Source: Polyangiales bacterium (GTDB taxonomy: Bacteria > Myxococcota_A > Polyangia > Polyangiales > Polyangiaceae). From it: a stretch of 64,000 nucleotides of DNA. Location of the stretch: positions 32,001 to 96,000 of the forward strand of contig JBBRNJ010000021.1 in NCBI GenBank assembly GCA_038230375.1, in the 5' to 3' direction. This document shows, one piece after another, positions 41,537 to 51,474 of the stretch (positions are counted from its first letter, which is position 1; each line of letters begins with the position of its first letter). Position numbers and translations under genes: made by a program. The notes beneath the pieces are model-generated. The model had not been told where the DNA came from. It did not search any database and saw only the letters and a list, made by a program, of their open reading frames with translations.

Positions 41537-43404
41537 AGCCGCGCGTGTGGCACGGCGCGGTTGCGCTGGCCGCGCTCGTGAGCGTGTTCGTGGTCCGGGG
41601 TCTCGCCGCTCCCGCTGCGCCCTCGCAGATCGATTGGCCCGCGGGCCAGGAGATCACTTATACGCTGGAATGGAAGACCAGCACGCAGACCACGGCCCTC
41701 ACTGCAGTCGCAGCCGACGTGAGCGACGGACAGGGCGCCCTGAAGACAGGCGTGGACGTGGGCGGCGACCTGGTCCTTCACTCTTACGGCAAGAAGGGCG
41801 ACGACTTTCTCGTGACGGCGCGCTTCGCGAACCTTTCGCGCGCGAGCGTCACCGCGTTCGATCAAGCGCTCATCCCGAGCCTCGGCGACGCGCGCGCGGA
41901 GCTCGAAGGTCACGAAGCGCAGCTCGTGGTGAAGCCAGACGGTCGCATCATGGACGTGAAGTTCGCGGCGAAGGATCCGGCGCTCTTTCGCTATCTGATG
42001 CAAGGTGTGCTGACCGAGCTCTCCGTCTCGATGAAGCCGGGGAACCCGCCCACGGTGGAAGAGAAGTGGACCGCGGATCTCGAAGGGCCGAGCGGCCGTG
42101 GCCCGGCGACGTTCTCGCGCGACGCGCAGGATCCGTTCACGTTCTCGCGCACGCGCGAGCGGTACGATGCGATCGCCGCATGGCCGGGCTCGCCGGACCT
42201 TCAGCAGTCGCTCACGAGCAAGGGCTCCTTCAAGGTCGGTCGAAGCGGGGGGCTCGAGCGCGTCTCGGACGAAGAGTCACTCGAAGCGGCGCGTGCCGGC
42301 GCGCAAAAGGACGTGGTGTCGCGTACGTCGTTCACGCTCGAGAAGAAGTCCGCCGCGATGCTCGACCCGACGGCGGCGGTGCCCGTGCTCGCGGACCCCG
42401 TGAGCGGCGCCGCGCCCGAGACCGAGGATGAAGCCGCGCGAGAGCGTCGCCTTTCGGCGCGCACAGAAGGCGTGACCGTCGACACGATCCTGGACGAGGT
42501 GAAGATCCACGCGCTGGTGCCCAAGGGAAAGAGCGGCCGCTGGGCGTGGATCGCGAAGGGGTACTTCGAGCTCCATCCCGAGAAGACCGCGGAGCTCGTG
42601 GACAAGATGCGCGGGCTCGATCAACTAGCGAAGGGCTACGTGATCGACCTGCTCGTGGCGACCGCCCATCCCACCGCGCAGGCGGAGCTCGTGCGCGCGT
42701 TCAGGGACGAGATCATTCCGCCGGGCCGCGAGTACGCGCTCCTCGTGCAGCGGGTCGGTCACCTCAAGACCCCGACGAAGGAAACTGGCCAGTTCTTCGC
42801 GCAGAGATACGCGACGGCGAAGGCGCAGAACGACATCCCCGCCCGTCGGGCGACGGCGATCACGGTCGGCGCGCTCGCCTATCACATTGCCGATCGCGAT
42901 CGCGAGGAGGCGCGCGCGCTCGCAGATCCCCTCGTACTGGATCTGCTCGCGGCGAAAGAGCCGAAGGACCGCGAGCTCTTGATCCTTGCGGTGGGCAATG
43001 ACTCACTCGCGGAGGACGCGCGCGTGCTCCGCTTGCAGGCGCATGACGAGGTGGCGCCAGTGCGTCGCGCCGTTGCGTCAGCGCTTCGACGGATCGACGA
43101 CGCAGACGTGCGGACCACGCTCATCGAGATGATGTCGGATCCCGACGAGTCGGTCGAGGAGATGGCCATTTCTTCGCTCGATCGCCGAGCCCTCAGCCGG
43201 AACGACATCGCGGCCATGACCGATCAGGTTCGATCCGGGAAGACACACGACCAGGCCATGGCGCCGCTCGTCAGCATCCTCACCACACGTCGCGAGAACG
43301 CGCCGCCCGAGGTCGTCGATCTCCTGAACGCGATCGCCGAGCGGCCCGGGACCTCTCCCGACGCACGCCAGCGCGCGCTCCGGCTGCGCAACGGTGAGCA
43401 CTGA
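41533..43404 (+). CDS. Exported beta-domain plus HEAT-like helical protein (Vitellogenin_N-like architecture)
   Basis: N-terminal signal/TM; WPAGQEITYTL beta region; LAVGND...VRRAVASALR helical repeats. Confidence 0.78.
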   Translation: MKPRVWHGAVALAALVSVFVVRGLAAPAAPSQIDWPAGQEITYTLEWKTSTQTTALTAVAADVSDGQGALKTGVDVGGDLVLHSYGKKGDDFLVTARFANLSRASVTAFDQALIPSLGDARAELEGHEAQLVVKPDGRIMDVKFAAKDPALFRYLMQGVLTELSVSMKPGNPPTVEEKWTADLEGPSGRGPATFSRDAQDPFTFSRTRERYDAIAAWPGSPDLQQSLTSKGSFKVGRSGGLERVSDEESLEAARAGAQKDVVSRTSFTLEKKSAAMLDPTAAVPVLADPVSGAAPETEDEAARERRLSARTEGVTVDTILDEVKIHALVPKGKSGRWAWIAKGYFELHPEKTAELVDKMRGLDQLAKGYVIDLLVATAHPTAQAELVRAFRDEIIPPGREYALLVQRVGHLKTPTKETGQFFAQRYATAKAQNDIPARRATAITVGALAYHIADRDREEARALADPLVLDLLAAKEPKDRELLILAVGNDSLAEDARVLRLQAHDEVAPVRRAVASALRRIDDADVRTTLIEMMSDPDESVEEMAISSLDRRALSRNDIAAMTDQVRSGKTHDQAMAPLVSILTTRRENAPPEVVDLLNAIAERPGTSPDARQRALRLRNGEH

Positions 43405-43501
43405 CGTCGCAATGCGAGGCTTTTTCGGCCGATCCGTGGACCCCCCGCGTCCTCTCCGCAAGTGCAGTGCATTGAGCCAGGATTCCCGCTAAGCCGGAGC
43501 C

Positions 43502-43876
43502 ATGACGTGGTCCAGCGCCTCGCCCATGCGGTGGGCTTGCATGCAGTGCGGTGCTCGACAGACCGGCCCTGGCGCGTGCGGCGCATGCAGTGACGACCCC
43601 GTGCTCGATCTCCACGATCCCAACGTGCGCAGCATGCTCGTGGAAGACGACCAGACGCGCCTGTCTCGGCGAAACGATCGCGTGCGCGTCGCTTCCGTCC
43701 CCGTCAGCATGGTCGTGATCGGCGGAATTCTCGGGGCGGGCGTGAGCGCGTACTTCCCGGCTGGCCCGTTCGGCGCGTACTGGATTGGTTCGATGATCGC
43801 GTTTGCGCTCGGCCTCATGAAGCTGGTCGACATCGTGAGTCCATTCAAGCCAAAGTTCGCCGACCTGAAAGACTGA
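43502..43876 (+). CDS. Small membrane protein with zinc-ribbon
   Basis: CMQC...CGAC followed by two TM helices. Confidence 0.65.
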   Translation: MTWSSASPMRWACMQCGARQTGPGACGACSDDPVLDLHDPNVRSMLVEDDQTRLSRRNDRVRVASVPVSMVVIGGILGAGVSAYFPAGPFGAYWIGSMIAFALGLMKLVDIVSPFKPKFADLKD

Positions 43877-44108
43877 GCCGGTCCCGTTGCCTCCCCTGGG
43901 AGCATCAGAACGGAATCAGCGCTTTCGTCCATGCTGCCGGCGCCGGGATCGTTCCATTCGGGAACCCCGCTGCGAAGAGGCTCCGTCGCAGATAGGCGAT
44001 CAACGTTCGTCGCTGTGACCCGCTCTCGTAGACACCTGCGAACCGCGCGCGAGTGCGGTAAACCGAGGGTCTGTCGGAGAAGGACGAGCTCGAGCAGCTA
44101 CGGAAAGA

Positions 44109-44500
44109 TTGATCCGATCGCGAAGAACGTGCTGGCTCGCGACCGCACGTGCACGAGGCCGAACGAGACGTGGGTCGGCGACATCACGTACGTGTGGACG
44201 CGTGAGGGTTGGCTCTACCTCGCGGTGCTCATCGATCTCTTTTTCGCGCCGCGTCGTCGGGTGGTCGATGGGCGAGACGCTTGCGACGGAGTTGCCGCCG
44301 CGCGCGCTCACGATGGCGCTCGACACGCGACGGCCGCCTCCATCGTGCCTGGACTGCGTCGTCACGACAAAGCGACGACGCTGCTTGCCGCGCAAATCAC
44401 GCTCCTTCATGAGTCGGGCGACACGCTTGCGGCTCACGTGCTCGCTCGCGTCGCGCAGGTTGTTGTGGGTCGCCGATGGTACCACCGCAGGACCGTACTG
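44109..44500. mobile_element. Degenerate, internally inverted IS3-family transposase fragment
   Basis: Plus strand PIAKNVLARD...PNETWVGDITYVWTREGWLYLAVLIDLF/SRRVVGWSM with frameshift at T5 44240-44244; minus strand VSRKRVARLMKERDL...FVVTTQSRH. Confidence 0.88.
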
Positions 44501-44649
44501 GTTTCGAGGGCAATGCGTCCGCCGCGACCAAGCCAACTTGGACGAGGGCTGTCGCAAGATCCGACGATGGCAGCATGCGGGACTACGGACACGCTCCGTC
44601 TCGCAGAGCTGACCCGCCGCTCGCCCGCGCGGCGGACGTTGGATCGCTC

Positions 44650-45114
44650 TCAGTCCTCTCTCTTGTGTCCGAGCGCGATCACGCCGCCAAGGTCCGCTCT
44701 CAGCCGTTCGACGAACTGAGCGCCAAGGGCGGCGCGGAACTCTTTCTGTGCCTTCTCCCACAGCGGGAGGGCCGCTTCGATCGTGCGCTCTCCAGCGCGG
44801 CTCAAGAGGACCACGCGTGCCCTTGCGTCGTGCGGCGAGCGCGCAACCCTGACGAGGCCGGCCTTCTCGATGGGCTTGAGGTTCCTCGTGAGCGTCGTTC
44901 GATCCATCACCAGCGCGCGCGCGAGATCGCCCATGGTGGCGCCGTTGTCGCCGAAGTGAGCGACCGCGACCAGCACCGACAGCTGCGACTCCTGAAGCCC
45001 GGTGACGCGGATCTGGGTGTCGTAGATCTTCGTAAGAACGCGCGACGCCTGGCGGATACGGCTGCACGCACATTCCTGAGCGATCTTTCGTGCCGCGCGC
45101 ACATGGTTGTCCAT
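44650..45114 (-). CDS. MarR-family regulator
   Basis: CACSRIRQASR, LARALVMDRTTLTRNLKP, DARAR. Confidence 0.93.
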   Translation of the reverse strand: MDNHVRAARKIAQECACSRIRQASRVLTKIYDTQIRVTGLQESQLSVLVAVAHFGDNGATMGDLARALVMDRTTLTRNLKPIEKAGLVRVARSPHDARARVVLLSRAGERTIEAALPLWEKAQKEFRAALGAQFVERLRADLGGVIALGHKRED

Positions 45115-45119
45115 GCATC

Positions 45120-45210
45120 CGTGTATATGCACGCCACGGGCTTCTGTCCAACCCGGAGGGTCTCCAAAGGAGTGCGTGGCCTTGACAACACGAATGGGTG
45201 TATCTACACC
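45120..45210. promoter_or_regulatory. Divergent promoter region with two palindromic MarR-type operators
   Basis: CGTGTATATGCACG (45120-45133) and GGTGTATCTACACC (45197-45210); TTGACA at 45182-45187. Confidence 0.7.
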
Positions 45211-45248
45211 TAAATGACTTGGCGTTTCGTTTCCCAGGAGAAGAAGTC

Positions 45249-47069
45249 ATGCGTAACGGCTCCCGTTGGGCGCTTGTGTGGGCGCTCGCGTGCCTCATCG
45301 GAACGGCGTCCTGCGCGAGCCTTCCGCCGCCGCGCCAGGCTTCGTTCACGCAGCAGCGTGATGTGGAGGCCTACCTGGCGGTCGCTGCGTACCCCAACGC
45401 CGAGACCATCACGATCCTCGCGGCCATGAGCCAGCTCATGGCGTCGCACCGTGAGTGGGAGGGCTACGAATACTTCGGTAGGCTCGCGAACGAGCAGCCG
45501 ACGCGTCGAGGATTCTTTCGGTCCTTGCAGGGCATCATGCAGGCGCGGGTCGCCGGGGACGTTTCGCTCCTCTCGCGCGTCGCATGGGTCGAGGACGCGA
45601 TCTCCAAGCTCGACGAAGGCGTGAAGGCCGATCCCACGCTCGGTCGCTTCGGTCGCGGGCTCGTGTTCGCGGACCTGCCCGCTCGCTTCAAGAAGGCAAA
45701 CCAGGCGATCGAAGATCTCGAATGGTGTCTCGCACACGGCGCGGAGCTCCCTGGCCATTTCGAGCGCGGCATCCTTCGTGGCCTCGCCGCCGCGTACCAC
45801 ACGCTGGGCGACGAGCCACGCTCGCGCGAGATGCTTGCCCGGTCGGGGTTCGCGAGCCTCGAGGGCTCGACCGTCCCGCGCGTGCTCGGAAATCAGTCGT
45901 TCGATCCGGCGACCGGCTACCGGTACAGCGAGAAGCGCTTTGTCCGCGAGGCCGAGGGCGTCTACCTTGCCGAGGGCTACGATTTCGCGACGCTGTCGTT
46001 CATCGTCACCGAAGGATTCGTCGTGGCCATCGACGCCGGAACGAGCCCGGAGACGGCACGCGAAGCGGTCGATGCGCTGCGCAGAGTGACCAAGGCTCCC
46101 ATCAAGTACGTGATCCTGAGTCACGCGCACTGGGATCACATCGGAGGGCTCTCGGCCATTCGCGAGCCGGGAACGATCGTGATCGCGCAAGCCGGCTTTC
46201 CGAAGGAACTCGCTCGGTCACGCGTCTACCAGCCGCCGTTCTTCGGCTCTTCCACGGTCGCGCTGGATGTCACGCCGGACCGCCTGGTCTCCGCGCCCGA
46301 GACGCTGCGTGATGGCGACCTCGAGCTCGATCTCATCCCGGTCCGCGGCGGCGAGACCGATGACGCGCTCTTCGTTCACGACAGGAGACACGATCTGCTC
46401 TTCGTCGCGGATGCGTTCATGCCTTACATCGGAGATCCGTTCGTCGGCAGTGGCTCGCCCGAGGGCTACATCGAGGCCATGGACAAGGCGATCGAGCTCC
46501 ATCCGCGTCGGCTGATTCACGGACACGTCCCGCTCACCGCGTTCTTCACGATGGAGGCGATGCCGGGGCTTCGGGCGTCTCTCGGTGCCCTCTACGACCG
46601 CACGCTCCACTCGGCGCGCACGGCGCGGCCGCTTGCCGAGGCGTTGCACGACAACTTTCTCCCCGAGGAGCTTCGTGCGGCGCCGAAGGCGGTCACCCCC
46701 TACCTTGTCACGCGCGACCTGTTCATCCAGCGCGTCTATGCGAGGGAGGCTGGCTACTGGCAATCGAACAGCACTGGAATGGACCACTTCACGAACGGCG
46801 AATGGGCAGCCGCGCTCGACGTCCTTGCGAGCGAGACCGACGCGGCGTTCATCCGCGCCGTGGACGAGCTCAACGCTCGCGGCGACGCCGTGCTCGCCCT
46901 GCGCATCGCCGACCTGGGCCTCGTTCGCTACCCCACCAGCGCCGAGCTCCTCGCGCGCCGGGAACGCACGCTCACGAACCTTCTGGAGCGAAGCGCCGAC
47001 ATCAATCCGTTCCGCTTCATCATCTACTCGGGAATGGACGGCAGAAGTCTCGCGCCGGTCAGTCGATGA
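45249..47069 (+). CDS. MBL-fold metallo-hydrolase lipoprotein with helical/TPR-like N-terminus
   Basis: Lipobox TASC; IDAG, SHAHWDHIGG, IHGH. Confidence 0.88.
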   Translation: MRNGSRWALVWALACLIGTASCASLPPPRQASFTQQRDVEAYLAVAAYPNAETITILAAMSQLMASHREWEGYEYFGRLANEQPTRRGFFRSLQGIMQARVAGDVSLLSRVAWVEDAISKLDEGVKADPTLGRFGRGLVFADLPARFKKANQAIEDLEWCLAHGAELPGHFERGILRGLAAAYHTLGDEPRSREMLARSGFASLEGSTVPRVLGNQSFDPATGYRYSEKRFVREAEGVYLAEGYDFATLSFIVTEGFVVAIDAGTSPETAREAVDALRRVTKAPIKYVILSHAHWDHIGGLSAIREPGTIVIAQAGFPKELARSRVYQPPFFGSSTVALDVTPDRLVSAPETLRDGDLELDLIPVRGGETDDALFVHDRRHDLLFVADAFMPYIGDPFVGSGSPEGYIEAMDKAIELHPRRLIHGHVPLTAFFTMEAMPGLRASLGALYDRTLHSARTARPLAEALHDNFLPEELRAAPKAVTPYLVTRDLFIQRVYAREAGYWQSNSTGMDHFTNGEWAAALDVLASETDAAFIRAVDELNARGDAVLALRIADLGLVRYPTSAELLARRERTLTNLLERSADINPFRFIIYSGMDGRSLAPVSR

Positions 47070-47088
47070 GCGCTCCGCTCGCGGTCCC

Positions 47089-48231
47089 TCAGCGCGGTGG
47101 GAACGCCGCGTTGATGGCGGCGATCAGCGGCACGTCGCCGGCGCTGGTCGCGAGCGACTGCTGTTGCTCCAGGTGGATGAAGCGGCCGTACGTATTTCCT
47201 TGCATGGTGCACGCATCCGACGAGCCCGCATTGGCGCGCGCCTGCACGTTCTCCGTGCCGCACAGGCTGCACGCGCCCGTCGGAAAACCGGCGCCGCAGC
47301 GGCCCACGGTGATGCCCGCCGCCTCCATGGCCTTGCCGAACGTGAACACCGGGCCGGACGTGGGGAACGTTCCCGAACAGTCGCTGAGGAGAGCAGTGGG
47401 GCAGGTCTCGCCGTTGCTGTGCAGCTGCAGGAAGGGCGCCGTGGTGGCCGCCGAGACGGCGACGTGCACACCGTGGAATGGCGTCTTCGAGGAGTGCGCC
47501 GCGTCCGACTCCTTGTATGGGCTCTGCTTACCCGGGGAGCACACCGCCGTGGTTCCGTCACAGCCGGAGACCGTGGGGTTCGCGCAACGATGCGAGCCGG
47601 CGATCAAGTACCACTCGGCGCGCGTGGCCGTGAACACGCGCGCGGACTCCACGTCCGTGTCGGGGTCCGCCACAGGATGCGCCGACTCGATCGCAAGCTG
47701 GCGCGTTCCGGGGCCGGGCTTGCGCGCGGCGTAGGCTCCCCAGTAGAGCGACGGCTTCGCGGTCCCGTACTTGTCCAGCTCGCCGACGACGCGTACCTCG
47801 TCGGGGCCGTCGACCATGGACATGACGATGTACGAAGGCGGAAGCGGGCAGGGGTCGTTGCCGTCGAACTTGAGCGCGACGAGCACCTGCGCGGCGAACT
47901 TGTCGCGGTCGGCAATGGAGGGAAGGTTGACGGTGGGCTGGGAGCCGGTCCCTGCATCCTGCATGTGTTTCGCGATGTCGTAGACCAGGTTCGACATGAG
48001 CTTTGCGTAGGGTTGCGCGGGGCAAGCAGTGCGCGCCTGGGAGCCGTCGAGCCCCGTCGACCCGCCGCCACCGCCGTCCTTCGAGCTGGACGTACCGCCG
48101 GCATCGGAATGTTGCTGCGCGGGTGCGTATGTCCCATTCGAGGAGCCCGAGCTACCACACGCCGCTACTGCGCCGAGCGGAGCGGTGGCGACCACGATCG
48201 CGACGAAAAATCTCCTGGTTCCCCGGTTCAT
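47089..48231 (-). CDS. Cys-rich lipoprotein, possible Zn-dependent amidohydrolase fold
   Basis: Lipobox VAAC; IESAHPVAD, SDAAH, LQLHS, FIHLEQ. Confidence 0.7.
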   Translation of the reverse strand: MNRGTRRFFVAIVVATAPLGAVAACGSSGSSNGTYAPAQQHSDAGGTSSSKDGGGGGSTGLDGSQARTACPAQPYAKLMSNLVYDIAKHMQDAGTGSQPTVNLPSIADRDKFAAQVLVALKFDGNDPCPLPPSYIVMSMVDGPDEVRVVGELDKYGTAKPSLYWGAYAARKPGPGTRQLAIESAHPVADPDTDVESARVFTATRAEWYLIAGSHRCANPTVSGCDGTTAVCSPGKQSPYKESDAAHSSKTPFHGVHVAVSAATTAPFLQLHSNGETCPTALLSDCSGTFPTSGPVFTFGKAMEAAGITVGRCGAGFPTGACSLCGTENVQARANAGSSDACTMQGNTYGRFIHLEQQQSLATSAGDVPLIAAINAAFPPR

Positions 48232-48284
48232 GCCACCCAAATGTCCGCTCACACGCGCTTTGATCGCGCCTACCATCGTGGGCG

Positions 48285-49613
48285 ATGAAACTGCTCACGT
48301 GTACGTCGCTCGCTCTCCTCTCCATGCTCGCTGCTGCTTGCGACAAGCCCGCCCCCGACGTGAAGGCGGCTCCCAGCTCCAGCACGGGCACGACCGCCGT
48401 CGTGAGCTCGCCCGACCCCGCGGGAAAGAAGGAACCCATGACGAACGTCCCCATGCCCGACAAGTCCGACGCCGCGCGCGCCGCCGCGAGCAGCAACACG
48501 TTCGGGCTCGCGCTCTACGGAAACCTCGCGAAGAAGCCGGGCAACCTGGCCATGTCGCCGCTCAGCATCACCACTGCGCTCGCCATGACGTGGGTCGGCG
48601 CCAGGGGCGACACCGAGAAGGAGATGCGAAACGTGCTTCATTTCTCGGGTGACGGTGATGCCGCCGCGCTCGGGAAGCTGTCCATGGCGCTCACCTCGCC
48701 AGGTCGCCCGCTCACGCTCACCATCGCGAACCGGCTCTTCGGCGAGAAGTCATTCACGTTCCAGCAGCCGTTCCTGGACAGCACGAAGGCAACATTCGGT
48801 GCCCCGCTCGAGCCCGCGGACTTCAAGGGCGCGACGGATGCATCGCGTCTGCACATCAACGCGTGGGTGGAGGAGAAGACGGAGCATCGCATCAAGGATC
48901 TCCTCCCGCCGAAGTCGATCACCGAGGACACGCGCATGGTCCTTGTCAACGCGATCTACTTCCTGGCGGACTGGCAGACGCCGTTCAAGAAGGAGGCGAC
49001 CTACCCGGAGGCGTTCAAGGTCGCCGGCGGCGCCGAGAAGAAGGTGCCCACGATGCACCAGGGTAGACCCTGCGCCTTGGTGCAGGCGGACGGCGCCAAG
49101 ATCCTCTCGCTTCCGTACAAGGACACCGACACCGCGATGCTGATCGCATTGCCGGATGCGCCTGACGGAATCTCCGCGCTCGAGGCGAAGCTCACCGGCG
49201 CGAAGATGGATGAGTGGCAGAAGGCGCTCGCCACCGCGCAGCTATCGCAGGTCGACATTGCGCTGCCGTCGTTCAAGATCGAACCGGGCGCGCCCGTCAC
49301 GCTCTCCGATCCGCTGAAGGCGATGGGCATGCCGCTCTCGTTCGACGTGGAGAAGGCGGACTTCACGGGCATTGGCATCCCGCCGAACCCGCGCAATCGG
49401 CTCTACATCGCGGAGATCTTCCACAAGGCATTCGTGAAGGTCGACGAGAAGGGGACCGAGGCCGCCGCCGCCACCGCCGTGGTCATGGCAGAGGGCGGAG
49501 GCATGCCGCCCAAGGCCGTGCCGTTCAAGGCCGATCACCCGTTCCTCTTCTTCGTCGTGAACAAGAGCTCCGGCGCGGTGCTCTTCATGGGCCGCGTCTC
49601 CGACCCATCCTAG
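48285..49613 (+). CDS. Serpin lipoprotein
   Basis: SPLSI, LVNAIYF, VDEKGTEAAAATAV hinge, FKADHPFLF, LFMGRV; lipobox AAAC. Confidence 0.96.
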   Translation: MKLLTCTSLALLSMLAAACDKPAPDVKAAPSSSTGTTAVVSSPDPAGKKEPMTNVPMPDKSDAARAAASSNTFGLALYGNLAKKPGNLAMSPLSITTALAMTWVGARGDTEKEMRNVLHFSGDGDAAALGKLSMALTSPGRPLTLTIANRLFGEKSFTFQQPFLDSTKATFGAPLEPADFKGATDASRLHINAWVEEKTEHRIKDLLPPKSITEDTRMVLVNAIYFLADWQTPFKKEATYPEAFKVAGGAEKKVPTMHQGRPCALVQADGAKILSLPYKDTDTAMLIALPDAPDGISALEAKLTGAKMDEWQKALATAQLSQVDIALPSFKIEPGAPVTLSDPLKAMGMPLSFDVEKADFTGIGIPPNPRNRLYIAEIFHKAFVKVDEKGTEAAAATAVVMAEGGGMPPKAVPFKADHPFLFFVVNKSSGAVLFMGRVSDPS

Positions 49614-49767
49614 GAGCCTGGCGTTTTCCGCCGATCCCTGCGCGATGGCTGCGTTTTGCCCTGCGGTGCGTGCTCACGACCAAGAGGTCGTTCCGCGCGC
49701 TCCTCGGGCGAAAACGCACCCATCGCTTGGTCTCGACGGAAACCACCGACGGCTCCTCGCGCAACGA

Positions 49768-51474
49768 TCAGGGGCCGGCCGGTGGGGCGAAGATGATCGG
49801 GTAGACCACAGTGACGATGCCGCTCTCGGGCTGTGGGAAGCGCAGATTTTGGAAGTTGCGGAGGACGCAGCGCACGACGTTTTGATCTGGCAGGTCGGAG
49901 CCTCCGTCCGCAATGGTCGAGATCTCTCCGCTCCTGTCGATCACGAACTTCACGCTGACGCGCCCTTGCAAGGTGGGATTGGTGCGCAGCCCGTTCTCGT
50001 AGCAGAGTCGGAAACGACCAAAATTCTGGCGCACGATGCGCTGGATCACCTCGGGCGGGAGGCGACCATTCACCTGCGTGACGCCTTGGCGCAGCGAGGG
50101 AGCTGCAACGTTCCGTCCGCTTGGGACTCCGGGCCACGCGGGCCCCACTCCCGCCGGCGAAGGCGCCCCGCCGGACAGCCCGCCCAACAGCCCCATCGTG
50201 CCGAGGTGGTCGTCGAGCGCGTCGATCGCATCCGTGATCGGCTCCGGCGGCACGTTGACCGGTGCAGCCTCCGCGCGCTTGTGAGCTGAGGTCGCGCTCG
50301 CCGGCGAACAGCTCACCAGATCACGGTTTGGCACCGCGAGGCGCACGCCGGTCGACGCGAGAGACCCGTCGACGGTGACGTACGAGATGTCTTCGCCCTT
50401 CTGCGCGACGCGTATCGCTGCCTCGGCGGGGACGCTTCCAATGAGGTAGCGCGCTTGCGGTGTGGCCGTGATCTCTGCCAGCAGTCGGGCCTCGCCGCGA
50501 CACGTGAGCACCGTGGCGACTCCGTCCGAAGGCGGCGCGCCGGCCTGCGGCGCTTTCCACCCAGCGTACGGATCGCCGTCGCCCTTGAGTCCGATCATCC
50601 CGAACTCGACAGCCTCGCGCAGGGCGGCCTGCCGCGCGGCGTGTGCATCGTTCTTCACGACCATCGCGGTGTCGATCCAGCCGGCCACATGGCCGAGCCG
50701 GATGCGCGACCTGGCCCCGCGCTGCTCCAGCACCACGACCAGCCTCTGCTCGTCGCTGGCGTCGAACGTCCCAGCGGGCGCGCCGGTCGGCTCCGCCGAG
50801 ATCGAGATCACCTTCTTCGCCTTCAGCACCTGGTCCTTCGGCGGGGCGCCGGCCTGGAACGACAACGGCGGTATGTGCAGCTCGCCGGAGTCCGCTGGGT
50901 ACGCCAGCGACACGTCGGCGCAGCTCACCTCCGTCGTGCGATTGCCTGGCGCGAGCGTGAAGCCCGGCACGTCCGGCGCGGCAAGGACGATCTTGCCATC
51001 GTGCACGTCGTCCACGGACAGGTTGGCCGATCCAGGGAAAAACACGCCTCCAAACGAGATCCATCGAGCCCCGTGCACCACGACTCGCTGCTTCGGAACC
51101 ACGCCGTGCAACGTGACGCCCGCAACGGTGGTCTCGACGAATGCGTCGCCCTTTGCGCCGAGCGCGAGCCTCGCGGTGCCACCGCTGCTGGTGAGGAGCA
51201 CTGGACCATCGGAGCTCGCGGCGAGCTCGAGCCCTGCGGTGGTGCCTGTCAGCTCGCAGACCGCAGGCAGCGGTGCGATGGGTGTGAGCCCCGCGGCTTC
51301 TGCTGGAGGCGGTGGCAACGTGGGCGCAGGCGGCGGCGCGACCACCACAGTGAGCGGCGCTGGCGTGACGGGTCCTGCGCTCTCCGGCGGCGGACCACAA
51401 GCGACGGACAGCGAGAGGAGAGAAGGCAGCACGAAGAGAGAGCGACGCTGCATCCTTCGACGATACCAGGTCAT
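49768..51474 (-). CDS. Lipoprotein with AgmX/PglI (TonB-C-like) C-terminal domain
   Basis: GRLPPEVIQRIVRQNFGRFRLCYENGL...GRVSVKFVI...VVRCV...FPQP..GIVTVVYP. Confidence 0.88.
   Translation of the reverse strand: MTWYRRRMQRRSLFVLPSLLSLSVACGPPPESAGPVTPAPLTVVVAPPPAPTLPPPPAEAAGLTPIAPLPAVCELTGTTAGLELAASSDGPVLLTSSGGTARLALGAKGDAFVETTVAGVTLHGVVPKQRVVVHGARWISFGGVFFPGSANLSVDDVHDGKIVLAAPDVPGFTLAPGNRTTEVSCADVSLAYPADSGELHIPPLSFQAGAPPKDQVLKAKKVISISAEPTGAPAGTFDASDEQRLVVVLEQRGARSRIRLGHVAGWIDTAMVVKNDAHAARQAALREAVEFGMIGLKGDGDPYAGWKAPQAGAPPSDGVATVLTCRGEARLLAEITATPQARYLIGSVPAEAAIRVAQKGEDISYVTVDGSLASTGVRLAVPNRDLVSCSPASATSAHKRAEAAPVNVPPEPITDAIDALDDHLGTMGLLGGLSGGAPSPAGVGPAWPGVPSGRNVAAPSLRQGVTQVNGRLPPEVIQRIVRQNFGRFRLCYENGLRTNPTLQGRVSVKFVIDRSGEISTIADGGSDLPDQNVVRCVLRNFQNLRFPQPESGIVTVVYPIIFAPPAGP

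Noticed and set aside
43931..45349. ORFs 43931..44719 and 44000..45349 as functional transposases
   Set aside because: Only short IS3 fragments, with frameshift and inversion; the rest overlaps marR.
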